DNA from: Macrostomum lignano
Taxonomy: Eukaryota
DNA: 64,000 bases
Direction of reading: 5' to 3'
Assembly (NCBI GenBank): GCA_002269645.1
Contig: NIVC01003725.1
Span: 16,484 to 80,483 of the forward strand
Part shown: positions 26,500-38,753 of the stretch, piece after piece
How positions within the stretch are numbered: position 1 is the stretch's first letter
How the letters are laid out: each line of letters starts with the position of its first letter
The notes under the pieces: generated by a model
Databases searched by the model: none
Told to the model about the DNA's origin: nothing
Seen by the model: the letters and a program-made list of their open reading frames with translations, nothing else
Made by a program: the position numbers and the translations under genes

Positions 26500-26599
26500 T
26501 TGATTTCTTGCTCCACAACTTTTATTCCACCTCTATCTTTAAGAGATGTCTATTTCTACCTCCATCTTTAATGCATCTCCGTCCACTCCCTGATGTATC

Positions 26600-27080
26600 T
26601 CTACCCGCTTTCTGGTGTACTTCTACCCCCTCTCTGCAGTGTATCTCTACCCGCTCTCTGGTGTACTTCTACCCCCTCTCTGCAGTGTATCTCTACCCGC
26701 TCTCTGGTGTACTTCTACCCCCTCTCTGCAGTGTATCTCTACCCGCTCTCTGGTGTACTTCTACCCCCTCTCTGCAGTGTATCTCTACCCGCTCTCTGGT
26801 GTACTTCTACCCCCTCTCTGCAGTGTATCTCTACCCGCTCTCTGGTGTACTTCTACCCCCTCTCTGCAGTGTATCTCTACCCCCTCTCTGGTGTATCTCT
26901 ACCCCCTCTCTGGTTTGCTTCTACCCCCTCTCTGGTGTATCTCTAGCCCCTCTCTGGTGTGCTTCTACCCCTCTCTGGCGTATCTCTACCCCTCTCTGGT
27001 GTATCTCTACCCCTCTCTGGTGTATCTCTACCCCTCTCTGGTGTATCTCTACCCCTTTCTAATGTATCTTTACCCCTCTC
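26600..27080. repeat. ~22/24-bp minisatellite forming a 46-bp dimeric unit
   Basis: GTATCTCTACCCGCTCTCTGGTGTACTTCTACCCCCTCTCTGCAGT; period 46 (26641 to 26687). Confidence 0.9.
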
Positions 27081-27731
27081 TCTGGTGCATTTCTACTCGC
27101 GTTCCCTGATGTCTCTCTAACCCTCTCCTTAGGTCTCTTAATGCCCATCCACCGCCCTACCACTATACTTCCTCTACTCTACCCCCATCTATGAGACTTT
27201 CTATCCCCCATCTGGTGTCTTTCTCCTCACGCTGAGCTGCTCTCCCTTCTCTTTTATGCCTCCCATTTATCTTCACTTTCCCTCTCCAATCACCCACCCT
27301 GTTTTGAGCGGCCAGCAAAGTCCCCATAGCGAATCAAAGTGCTAATTGAGGGCTTGAAGTTCCGAGGCGCGGTCGGGTCGGGCCGGTCCATGCAGCCAGT
27401 GTCCGTGGCAAATGGGAATGGGAATTTCGCAGCGATCCCGTCTGCCAATAACCGCCGGCGAGAGGCAGGAATTCCCGGGCGGTAGGGATTTTTCTACCAG
27501 GGCTGCAGGACCACTTTCCTGCTTGGAGAGTGTTTAAGCAAAGAGTGGCCTGTTAAGGACTACGGCTGCTGAGACGCACTGGCTCATGCAACTCAACTGG
27601 CAAGAGACACCGAATGGCTACCAGAGTAAGTTTTTCCGGTTTGCCGCTGCCATCTGTGGGCACCGACTCTGATGACCATTGGAATTCAGAGCAATCATTT
27701 TATTATTGAGTGCGTTTACCGACAAAATTTT

Positions 27732-29140
27732 GCACCTTTGATATCAAATATTATCATCCTACTTTTGCTGATAAGATTTCGCACCTTTGATATCAAATAT
27801 TATCATCCTACGTTTGCCGATAAGATTTCGCACCTTTGATATCAAATATTATCATCCTACGTTTGCCGATAAGATTTCGCACCTTTGATATCAAATATTA
27901 TCATCCTACGTTTGCTGATAAGATTTCGCACCTTTGATATCAAATATTATCATCCTACGTTTGCCGATAAGATTTCGCACCTTTGATATCAAATATTATC
28001 ATCCTACGTTTGCCGATAAGATTTCGCACCTTTGATATCAAATATTATCATCCTACGTTTGCTGATAAGATTTCGCACCTTTGATATCAAATATTATCAT
28101 CCTACGTTTGCCGATAAGATTTCGCACCTTTGATATCAAATATTATCATCCTACGTTTGCTGATAAGATTTCGCACCTTTGATATCAAATATTATCATCC
28201 TACGTTTGCTGATAAGATTTCGCACCTTTGATATCAAATATTATCATCCTACGTTTGCCGATAAGATTTCGCACCTTTGATATCAAATATTATCATCCTA
28301 CGTTTGCTGATAAGATTTCGCACCTTTGATATCAAATATTATCATCCTACGTTTGCCGATAAGATTTCGCACCTTTGATATCAAATATTATCATCCTACG
28401 TTTGCCGATAAGATTTCGCACCTTTGATATCAAATATTATCATCCTACGTTTGCTGATAAGATTTCGCACCTTTGATATCAAATATTATCATCCTACGTT
28501 TGCTGATAAGATTTCGCACCTTTGATATCAAATATTATCATCCTACGTTTGCCGATAAGATTTCGCACCTTTGATATCAAATATTATCATCCTACGTTTG
28601 CCGATAAGATTTCGCACCTTTGATATCAAATATTATCATCCTACTTTTGCCGATAAGATTTCGCACCTTTGATATCAAATATTATCATCCTACGTTTGCT
28701 GATAAGATTTCGCACCTTTGATATCAAATATTATCATCCTACGTTTGCTGATAAGATTTCGCACCTTTGATATCAAATATTATCAATCCTACGTTTGCCG
28801 ATAAGATTTCGCACCTTTGATATCAAATATTATCATCCTACGTTTGCCGATAAGATTTCGCACATTTGATATCAAATATTATCATCCTACGTTTGCTGAT
28901 AAGATTTCGCACCTTTGATATCAAATATTATCATCCTACGTTTGCCGATAAGATTTCGCACCTTTGATATCAAATATTATCATCCTACGTTTGCTGATAA
29001 GATTTCGCACCTTTGATATCAAATATTATCATCCTACGTTTGCCGATAAGATTTCGCACCTTTGATATCAAATATTATCATCCTACGTTTGCTGATAAGA
29101 TTTCGCACCTTTGATATCAATATCCTACGTTTGCTGATAA
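27732..29140. repeat. 49-bp minisatellite, ~28 copies, with palindrome TTTGATATCAAA
   Basis: Unit GCACCTTTGATATCAAATATTATCATCCTACGTTTGC[C/T]GATAAGATTTC; period 49 (27781 to 27830); no spacers. Confidence 0.97.
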
Positions 29141-30655
29141 AGCGTATTTACTGATAAGAACTATTAGCACCCTTGATACTATCCGATAATACTTTGCACT
29201 TTTTCACTCCTGATATTGGCTAATTATTTTATTGATTAGAACGTGCACCAATTTCACTCACCTTTGCACTGGCTGGATTATGAAATTGGTCATGCGGCCA
29301 CCCACCCACCACCAGAAGTTCGCCAACTCTCTCCAGAATGATGGCAGGGCCTTGTGAATAGTGCTTGTCCAGCACCAGGTGAAAACCAAACAGAGCCAGA
29401 CACTGATCACTCTGCGCCTCACTGCTCCCGAAGTTTTTTTCGGGGGTCTGTTGGAGTTCATCAGCGAGGACAGGACATTTCCGCTTGGGTGAAGCCCGCA
29501 ACTGCAACGCTGCCATGAAGCTCTGACTCTCCATATCTTTTCCAGCCTCACCTCACCAATACTGTCTTTACATGCATAGAGGCTACATCCTTCTGCATGC
29601 AGGTCAGAATATCGCTATATTCTGTAAATTCCTTTACGTCGCCTGTGTTTGTCTCCCTTACCCGCCATCTCATTTCTCTCCATTCTCTGCTGACAGCTGC
29701 TAGTCTAAGCTTAACTGACCCGCCACCATAAGGACTTAACAGCTTTACTTAAATTAGGACCCCGCCCCCCCTCTTTGATGTCCCTCTCAACTCTCTGCTT
29801 CCCACTCGCTGTTCTCCGCTCTCCCCTCTCCCCTCTCCCCTCTCCCCTCTCCTCTCTACACACCACTCTTCCCTCTCCCCTCTCCTCTCTACACCACTCT
29901 TCCCTCTCCCCTCTCTCCTTTCCCCTCTCACTCTTTCCCCTGTCCGCTCTCCCCTCCACTCTCCCCTCTACTCTCTCCACTTTCCACTCTACTATCTACA
30001 TGTATTCTCTCCACTTTCCACTCTCCACTCTTTTCTCTCCACTCTCTCATCTCCACTCTCCACTCTCCGCTCGGCACTGCATTCAAACAAGGTACAAAGC
30101 ATGCGGCTCGTGCACTTTTCTGCAATCGAATTCATTTCCAAAGCCATCCCCGGCCATCTTCAAGCAGGCACCCTGACTGCCGCTGGTGGCCGGCTTTCAC
30201 TGCACAGTCCGCAGCGTCTGTCGCTGACTCGTCAAAGTCCGCCGTGCCTTCCGCTGCCTTCCGCTGCCCGCCATCCCGTTGTAGGCGGCAATAGAAAACT
30301 TAAGAAAAGCACAGGGGCGACTACTTTCAGTGCAGATGCCATTGGCAGATCAATGCGAATTACTCGAAAATGTCAGGACAGCTGCTATTCAATGCGAATT
30401 ACTCGAAAATGTCAGGACAGCTGCTATTCAATTAGTCATCTCCGTACACCAGCGTAGAGAAAAGCAATTTTAGTTGAAATTTAACAACAAATTCATCCGG
30501 TATATTGAGGAGGAAAAGCGATAAAATTCAGGAACTTTCGCATGAACTAGCATGAAAGATTTAAAATTTTAACAGGCTGCCCTACTAGAAGTAGCAAAAT
30601 TAGCATATGGCAAATAAATTGCTTTTTTCCTGTTCGCTCCCGCTTCGCCACGCAG

Positions 30656-30900
30656 GAGCAGCCGCTGCCAGCGTCTAGCTGTCGCGTCTGCGGAGGCGGC
30701 GGAGGAGGCGACTGCCGCTGCCTGTCCGCGCCGTGCCCGCCGCCGCCTGCGCCACCGCTGCTCTATGGGAAGTATCGACATCTGCTGGCCAGAAGGACAC
30801 AGCAGCAGCAGCAGCAGCAGCGAATGTGCTACAAGCCAAACCCCATGTTGGCTAAGCGAGCTTCCGGCACGAGTGTGTTCGCCACTTCTGAGACCTCCAG
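30656..30900 (+). CDS. Candidate internal coding exon, possibly the 5' part of the KIF26-like gene
   Basis: Pyrimidine-rich acceptor ...CCACGCAG at 30655; donor CCAG|GTAGG at 30901; open frame EQPLPASSCRVCGGGGGGDCRC...QQQQQQQRMCYKPNPMLAKR; no recognised domain. Confidence 0.5.
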
Positions 30901-31009
30901 GTAGGGGCCTGTCCGTGGCAATGGGCTCTGTTGCTTGATATAGATTTTTGGCTGCAAAACTTTTTGGAGCGCCCCTTCTTTCCCACCGGTCTTCTTTCAC
31001 ATCCTCTTC

Positions 31010-31605
31010 ATTCACACCCGATTCTTTCACACCCTATTCATTCACACCCTACTCATTCACACCCTATTCATTCACACCCTATTCATTCACACCCTATTCA
31101 TTCACACCCTATTCATTCACACCCTATTCATTCACACCCTATTCTTTCACACCCTCTTCTTTCACACCCTACTCATTCACACTCTATTCATTCACACCCT
31201 ACTCATTCACACCCGATTATTTCACACCCTATTCATTCACACCCTATTCATTCACACCCTATTCATTCACACCCTATTCATTCACACCCTATTCATTCAC
31301 ACCCTATTCATTCACACCCTATTCTTTCACACCCTCTTCTTTCACACCCTACTCATTCACACTCTATTCATTCACACCCTACTCATTCACACCCGATTAT
31401 TTCACACCCTATTCATTCACACCCTATTCATTCACACCCTATTCATTCACACCCTATTCATTCACACCCTATTCATTCACACCCTATTCATTCACACCCT
31501 ATTCATTCACACCCTATTCATTCACACCCTATTCATTCACACCCTATTCATTCACACCCTATTCATTCACACTCTGTTCATTCACACCCTATTCATTCAC
31601 ACCCT
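31010..31605. repeat. 15-bp minisatellite (TTCATTCACACCCTA)n with a 180-bp higher-order duplication
   Basis: Same variant series at 31141 and 31321. Confidence 0.95.
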
Positions 31606-32111
31606 CTCTTTCACATCCTTTTCTTTTCTACTCTCTTTCTCCGCTCGTGTTTATTGCTTTCTTCTATTGATTTCTTTCGAAACTGCATTTCCTTCTTTCA
31701 CCTCGTCCCTCTAGATTGGCTCATGACTTCTTTCTCGATTGCTTCAGAGTTTTGGCATCTCAAGATCGTGATTTAATTCGGAATATCCAACAGCAATAAA
31801 CTATTCGTCTAGAATCTGTAGCTTTACAAAGTGGAGCAGAGTTTTCGTTAATAAAAAGAACCCATTTCGGCGTCAAAGCGCCTACATCAGGTTGTTGGTT
31901 AGGCTTGAAGAACTGGGGTTGGGGCATCTTCCGCAGACCCACAGGCGGAAATTCAAACGGGTCAGAAAATGCGCGATTGTGAAGATCGGACTGAGAGCCT
32001 CACGCGCCCGGAGTTTTGAATGAGCGATTCAATAAAATTTTTTCCCATCGCACCGGTTGAGTATAGTTCTTGTATTGCTATTAATGCGTTTGTGCTTTGT
32101 ATTATTCTCTA

Positions 32112-32168
32112 GTGTCTGTCTGCCTGTCTTAGTGTCTGTCTGTCTGTCTGTTTGTGTGTGTGTGTGTG

Positions 32169-32259
<91 letters not shown>

Positions 32260-32268
32260 GTGTGTGTG

Positions 32269-32315
<47 letters not shown>
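32112..32315. repeat. (TCTG)n/(TG)n microsatellite
   Basis: Direct reading. Confidence 0.95.
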
Positions 32316-32316
<1 letters not shown>

Positions 32317-32883
32317 CGCTTGTGTGTCCATCAGCTAAGAGCAGCTCAGTGCTAAATTTGCTGGAGTTCAAGCCCAGCAACAATTACTGGTGGGGGGTCA
32401 AAGCCCCATTGTAGCGAGTGACGCAGCAGGCAGTCCAGCTTCCTCAGAGGCTGCTCATGAATCCACTCAGCCCCGGGTCATTTGAGTATCACTCACCTGC
32501 TTGACACCTCGATAGGCGAGAGAAGCAGAGAGAAACCTTATTGAAATGGGGGAGTGGGGTTTAGGCGGGAAAATTCACCGGCCCAGCCTCTCCGCTTCCC
32601 CATCAATTGTCCGGCTCAGCTGTTGCCCCAGCGTGAACCCGACGGCTCGGAGCCATTGGCGGCGGGACTGGCAGCGCCCCTGGGTTCTAATTTCAAGGAT
32701 GCAGTGCAGATTTGCACGGCTAAGATCAGGCTGAGACCTGAAAATTTTAAGGAACAAAATTTCAACTGAAGATTCATCTCCCAGTGCCAAGATGGACAGA
32801 GTGAGAAAAGTCATTGGCCAATTTTAAGCATTGGTCGGGTTTTAGGTTTTAAAGAGGGAAAATTATGAAATTTTAGTTGCTGA

Positions 32884-34545
32884 CACTGTGAGAAGTAGAG
32901 AAATGGCAGGTGAAGGAAGGTGAGAGACAGTGTGAGAAGTAGAGAAATGGCAGGTGAAGGAAGGTGAGAGACACTGTGAGAAGTAGAGAAATGGCAGGTG
33001 AAGGAAGGTGAGAGACAGTGTGAGAAGTAGAGAAATGGCAGGTGAAGGAAGGTGAGAGACAGTGTGAGAAGTAGAGAAATGGCAGGTGAAGGAAGGTGAG
33101 AGACAGTGTGAGAAGTAGAGAAATGGCAGGTGAAGGAAGGTGAGAGACAGTGTGAGAAGTAGAGAAATGGCAGGTGAAGGAAGGTGAGAGACAGTGTGAG
33201 AAGTAGAGAAATGGCAGTAGAGAGTAGGTCAGAGACAGTGTGAGAAGTAGAGAAATGGCAGTAGAGAGTAGGTCAGAGACATTGTGAGAAGTAGAGAAAT
33301 GGCAGTAGAGAGTAGGTCAGAGACATTGTGAGAAGTAGAGAAATGGCAGTAGAGAGTAGGTCAGAGACAGTGTGAGAAGTAGAGAAATGGCAGGTGAGGG
33401 TAATTTAGAGACAGTGTGAGAAGTAGAGAAATGGCAGGTGAGGGTAATTTAGAGACAGTGTGAGAAGTAGAGAAATGGCAGGTGAGGGTAATTTAGAGAC
33501 AGTGTGAGAAGTAGAGAAATGGCAGGTGAGGGTAATTTAGAGACATTGTGAGAAGTAGAGAAATGGCAGTAGAGAGTAGGTCAGAGACAGTGTGAGAAGT
33601 AGAGAAATGGCAGGTGAGGGTAATTTAGAGACAGTGTGAGAAGTAGAGAAATGGCAGGTGAGGGTAATTTAGAGACATTGTGAGAAGTAGAGAAATGGCA
33701 GTAGAGAGTAGGTCAGAGACATTGTGAGAAGTAGAGAAATGGCAGTAGAGAGTAGGTCAGAGACATTGTGAGAAGTAGAGAAATGGCAGGTGAGGGAAAT
33801 TTAGAGACAGTGTGAGAAGTAGAGAAATGGCAGGTGAGGGTAATTTAGAGACAGCGTGAGGAGTAGAGAAATGGCAGGTGAGGGTAATTTAGAGACAGTG
33901 TGAGAAGTAGAGAAATGGCAGGTGAGGGTAATTTAGAGACAGTGTGAGAAGTAGAGAAATGGCAGGTGAGGGTAATTTAGAGACAGTGTGAGAAGTAGAG
34001 AAATGGCAGGTGAGGGTAATTTAGAGACATTGTGAGAAGTAGAGAAATGGCAGTAGAGAGTAGGTCAGAGACAGTGTGAGAAGTAGAGAAATGGCAGGTG
34101 AGGGTAATTTAGAGACAGTGTGAGAAGTAGAGAAATGGCAGGTGAGGGTAATTTAGAGACAGCGTGAGGAGTAGAGAAATGGCAGGTGAGGGTAATTTAG
34201 AGACAGTGTGAGAAGTAGAGAAATGGCAGGTGAGGGTAATTTAGAGACAGTGTGAGAAGTAGAGAAATGGCAGGTGAGGGTAATTTAGAGACAGCGTGAG
34301 GAGTAGAGAAATGGCAGGTGAGGGTAATTTAGAGACAGTGTGAGAAGTAGAGAAATGGCAGGTGAGGGTAATTTAGAGACAGTGTGAGAAGTAGAGAAAT
34401 GGCAGGTGAGGGTAATTTAGAGACAGTGTGAGAAGTAGAGAAATGGCAGGTGAGGGTAATTTAGAGACAGTGTGAGAAGTAGAGAAATGGCAGGTACCCC
34501 TGGTAAGGGTAATTTAGAGACAGTGGGAGAAGTAGAGAAATGGGA
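32884..34545. repeat. ~44-bp minisatellite with three tail variants, ~38 copies
   Basis: Core GACAGTGTGAGAAGTAGAGAAATGGCAG plus tail GTGAAGGAAGGTGAGA, TAGAGAGTAGGTCAGA or GTGAGGGTAATTTAGA; period 44 (32946 to 32990). Confidence 0.96.
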
Positions 34546-35889
34546 GGCGAAGGCAGTCTCAACCAAAAGTAGAGGAAGGAAACAGTTGAAGACACCTCTG
34601 CAATATTGAGCATAGCACGAGGGTGTTATGAGCACATTAAGGTTTAATGAGAAGAGTTTTCATTGCTCAGCTTGCGAGCAGAGTGGAAGACCCGTCAGGA
34701 ATCTGTGTCTTCTCGATATTTCTGTCTCCCTCTCTCTTTCCTCTCCGTCGGTCGCCCCCTTCTCCAATGCCGGCCCGAGTTCGCTCGCCTCGCAGAGCCG
34801 CGGCCACCACTTGAGTCGGCGGAACTCCCGCAGCCCCCCCCCCCCTACCACCAGCACCAGCAGCAGCTCTCGCCCTGGCCATGGGGAAGCTGGGGTGGAT
34901 CTGCATTCTAGCATCATCCCCCGCCTCGCCAGACTGCCAGAGCAGGCAGCGCTGACAGCTCCGGGCTGCCTGTCACTGCAACAGACGAAATATTTCTGAC
35001 ATGGCGGCAGAACTTGGCGTACGCACCGGCCATGATCCCCTAAACCCACCCCTCCTCCCCCTAATGTAAATTCAGCAGATCCGGACTTGATGCGAAGCGG
35101 GTAGGAATGGAGGAGGCTGAAGTGCAGGGGTCCTGTGCCAGCATCTCTGCTGCATCTACTCCCCCTCCTTGCAGCTGAGCAAGTGCTCTCTCAAATCCCG
35201 AACTGGGCCAAAAAATCCCTATTTTCCAAATCCCCAGCTTCTTACTTATGGCAGGCCTCATCTTTTTATTAATGTGTTTATAATATTCTCAGTCGCCCGT
35301 CCGCTGCGGCCTGACTTCCTGATTGCCAGCTGGCTAAACAAAAGCGCTGAAAGCGAGAGTCCAGCCTCCCTATTGTTTTTTCTGCCAGTGCGTCATCATT
35401 TCAGCTCAGCTGGCCTCTCAGCCCAGCCACTCACTTAACTCTCTCGCGCATTCTACCATAATCTCTCCAAATCGCAAATCCCCTGCCGGGCTGGCGGGAG
35501 AGGCTGCCCCTCCCCTCCGCCTTCATCAGGGAGTAGAGGAAGTCTAGAGCGGGTGGGCTTTAATCCCGCATTAATCTGTGGTTAAGAAACGGCTGCAGTC
35601 CCGGTGCATTCGGAGGGTCAGTTTGGGTGTCGAATTTGCGAGCTCCAAGTTTGCGCAGCTTCCCAGCCATCGCGCAGGCGGCATAACTCGAGTCAAATCC
35701 TGTCCCCGCAGACTGCTCAGCAACGGCCAGCCGCATGAGCTCGCTCGGAACGTTGGCGCTCGCCCGCCCCGCCTCAGCTCAGCAGCAGCAGCAGCAGCAG
35801 TAAGTTTCAGGCTCTCATCGGCTGGGATCCGTAACTTAGAGCGAGAAAATGAAACGTGAATCAGGCTCTAAGCGATAGGATGGAGATAC

Positions 35890-37395
35890 ATGTAGTGTAT
35901 GGAGGAAAGAAGGGGAAAGGAGATCGAAGGGGAGATGAGAGAAGAGAAAAAAAGAGTAGAAGGGAGACGGGAGAGGAGAGATGAGGGGAGAGAGGATAGG
36001 GAGAGGGGAGAGGGAAAGGTGAGGTGAGAGAGGAGGAAAGGGAGAGAAGAGAGTCAAGAGTAAGGGGAGAGAAGAGAGTCAAGAGTAAGGGGAGAGAAGA
36101 GAGTAAAGAGGAAAGGGAGAGAAGAGAGTCAAGAGTAAGGGGAGAGAAGAGAGTCAAGAGTAAGGGGAGAGAAGAGAGTAAAGAGGAAAGGGAGAGAAGA
36201 GAGTCAAGAGTAAGGGGAGAGAAGAGAGTCAAGAGGAAAGGGAGAGAAGAGAGTCAAGAGTAAGGGGAGAGAAGACATTCAAGAGGAAAGGGAGAGAAGA
36301 GAGTCAAGAGGAAAGGGAGAGAAGAGAGTAAAGAGGAAAGGGAGAGAAGAGAGTCAAGAGTAAGGGGAGAGAAGAGAGTAAAGAGGAAAGGGAGAGAAGA
36401 GAGTCAAGAGGAAAGGGAGAGAAGAGAGTCAAGAGTAAGGGGAGAGAAGAGAGTAAAGAGGAAAGGGAAGAGAAGAGAGTCAAGAGTAAGGGGAGAGAAG
36501 AGAGTCAAGAGGAAAGGGAGAGAAGAGAGTCAAGAGTAAGGGGAGAGAAGAGAGTAAAGAGGAAAGGGAGAGAAGAGAGTAAGGAAGAAAGGGAGAGAAG
36601 AGAGTCAAGAGTAAGGGGAGAGAAGAGAGTAAAGAGGAAAGGGAGAGAAGAGAGTCAAGAGGAAAGGGAGAGAAGAGAGGAAAGAGGAAAGGGAGAGAAG
36701 AGAGTAAAGAGGAAAGGGAGAGAAGAGAGGAAAGAGGAAAGGGAGAGAAGAGAGGAAAGAGGAAAGGGAGAGAAGAGAGTCAAGAGGAAAGGGAGAGAAG
36801 AGAGTCAAGAGGAAAGGGAGAGAAGAGAGGAAAGAGGAAAGGGAGAGAAGAGAGTAAAGAGGAAAGGGAGAGAAGAGAGGAAAGAGGAAAGGGAGAGAAG
36901 AGAGGAAAGAGGAAAGGGAGAGAAGACATTCAAGAGGAAAGGGAGAGAAGAGAGTCAAGAGTAAGGGGAGAGAAGACATTCAAGAGGAAAGGGAGAGAAG
37001 AGAGTCAAGAGGAAAGGGAGAGAAGAGAGTCAAGAGGAAAGGGAGAGAAGAGAGGAAAGAGGAAAGGGAGAGAAGAGAGGAAAGAGGAAAGGGAAGAGAA
37101 GAGAGTAAAGAGGAAAGGGAAGAGAAGAGAGTCAAGAGTAAGGGGAGAGAAGAGAGTCAAGAGGAAAGGGAGAGAAGAGAGTCAAGAGTAAGGGGAGAGA
37201 AGAGAGTAAAGAGGAAAGGGAGAGAAGAGAGTAAGGAAGAAAGGGAGAGAAGAGAGTCAAGAGTAAGGGGAGAGAAGAGAGTAAAGAGGAAAGGGAGAGA
37301 AGAGAGTCAAGAGGAAAGGGAGAGAAGAGAGGAAAGAGGAAAGGGAGAGAAGAGAGGAAAGAGGAAAGGGAGAGAAGAGAGGAAAGAGGAAAGGG
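35890..37395. repeat. GA-rich ~22-bp minisatellite (GAGAGAAGAGAGT[C]AAGAG[T/G]AA[A/G]GG)
   Basis: Direct reading. Confidence 0.93.
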
Positions 37396-38178
37396 AGAGA
37401 AGAGAATCGAGGAAGGTGCAGAAACAAAGACGAAGGCCAGGAGAAAAAGCAGAGGCGAGACAAAGAATCGGAGAGTGCAAGAAAAAAACGCAGAGGGAAA
37501 TGGAGATCGAGAAGAAGACAAAAATCTGCAGAAAAGGGAGGCACACTGAGGGAGTGTTGGCACGGATCTTCTGCCAGCTTATCAGCTGCGGTGCTCCCTT
37601 CTCTGGCCTCCCCACTGTTTCTGCTTCTTCAGCTCGGCTTTTTCTCATTTCTGTTTGACTAAAAGATCGGTGGTCGCTTTTAAGTCCCGAAAATTAAAAG
37701 GGCGGCGGCAGGGGGCAGAGGCGGCAGAGCCCCCCATCGTCTCCTGCCCTCAGCTCTCGTCTTCTTCTTCTAGGAGACGAATCTTTGCCCGCCCGGCTAC
37801 CGGTCTGTTGATTGTGGATCAATAATTCATTACTAAACTGATACCAGCCGGCAGCCAGGGCCCTGGTTGCATGCACTGCTCAGCCTCCCACCCGCCTTCA
37901 TCTCTCCTCACTTTCCGCTGGTTCTCGGGGGGGGTATGCTTTTTATCTGCTTTATCGGGCCGCCCGCTTCCAGGCCATCTTGCCGCTCTGTGCACTTTAA
38001 CCATAACTAATGATATCGACTCTTATTTTGCAGCTTATTGAGGTGAAGAACTGTTTTGAACTGTTCAATCTATATTGGATCATGTCGGACAAATAACAGA
38101 GTAAAATTGAAACTCGATTCTCAGCAAAGCAGCTGGTGCGCTGGTTTATTTCTGATCTTCTTCCAAGTCCAATCGCAG

Positions 38179-38668
38179 TCAATAAACATAGAACGCCACC
38201 TCAGCCACTGTGATGGTTGGGTAATTGGTTCTGTGAATAATTTTCAACCCCTTGACCGAGTCGTATTTGCATTTGTCATTAACAGCATAGTACCCGAGTT
38301 TGCCTACATTATAGTTTCTATCAAAGAAGCACAACGTTTCATGCTTACGGATGACAGCTATTTGCAAAACTCTGCTGCTCTTTAAGCAGCAGCCGTACTT
38401 GCCCCAGACAGCGAAGCCCCTCAAGTTCACTGGAGCATCGAATTTGTAGTGAAAATACGTCTCATGCACTGGAGTCGAAGGCTTGGAGAACTTCTTGTGC
38501 AGCGCCTGTCCGTAGGAGTACACGTCATTGTCGATTGTGCGCTCGCAGTCCGGCCAGCTCACCAGGCAGGAGACTTTCAGCTTTCCTGAAATTCTGGTTT
38601 TGGTGTCGAGTGAGGTTCTAGAGAGGCTTAAAATGTTATTTCGACCTTCCGTTATGTTCAGTCTAGGC
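38179..38668 (-). CDS. Terminal exon encoding a divergent F-type-lectin (FTP) / galactose-binding-like domain
   Basis: RTIDND, YFHYKFDAPVNLRGFAVWGKYGCCLK and C-terminal ITVAEVAFY resemble FTP AIDGN, WxVDL...RxDCC and LxLCEVEV; stop 38179; minus-strand AATAAA at 38145-38150; 5' boundary uncertain. Confidence 0.6.
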
Positions 38669-38753
38669 TTACCAAATTGAAGGAAAATAAAATGAAAGAA
38701 ATTAAACAATCTCGATAGTTTAGCGGTAACTAGTGCTAAAAATTTTCGAGGTT

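Noticed and set aside
30569-31030. Minus-strand ORF with poly-Leu and basic residues as a secreted peptide precursor
   Set aside because: The poly-Leu is the reverse of a (CAG)n run; the plus strand has proper splice sites and a better frame.
34628-34999. GC-rich ORFs with CSAC and Pro/Gln runs
   Set aside because: No convincing splice-site pair or homology; cannot pick a frame.
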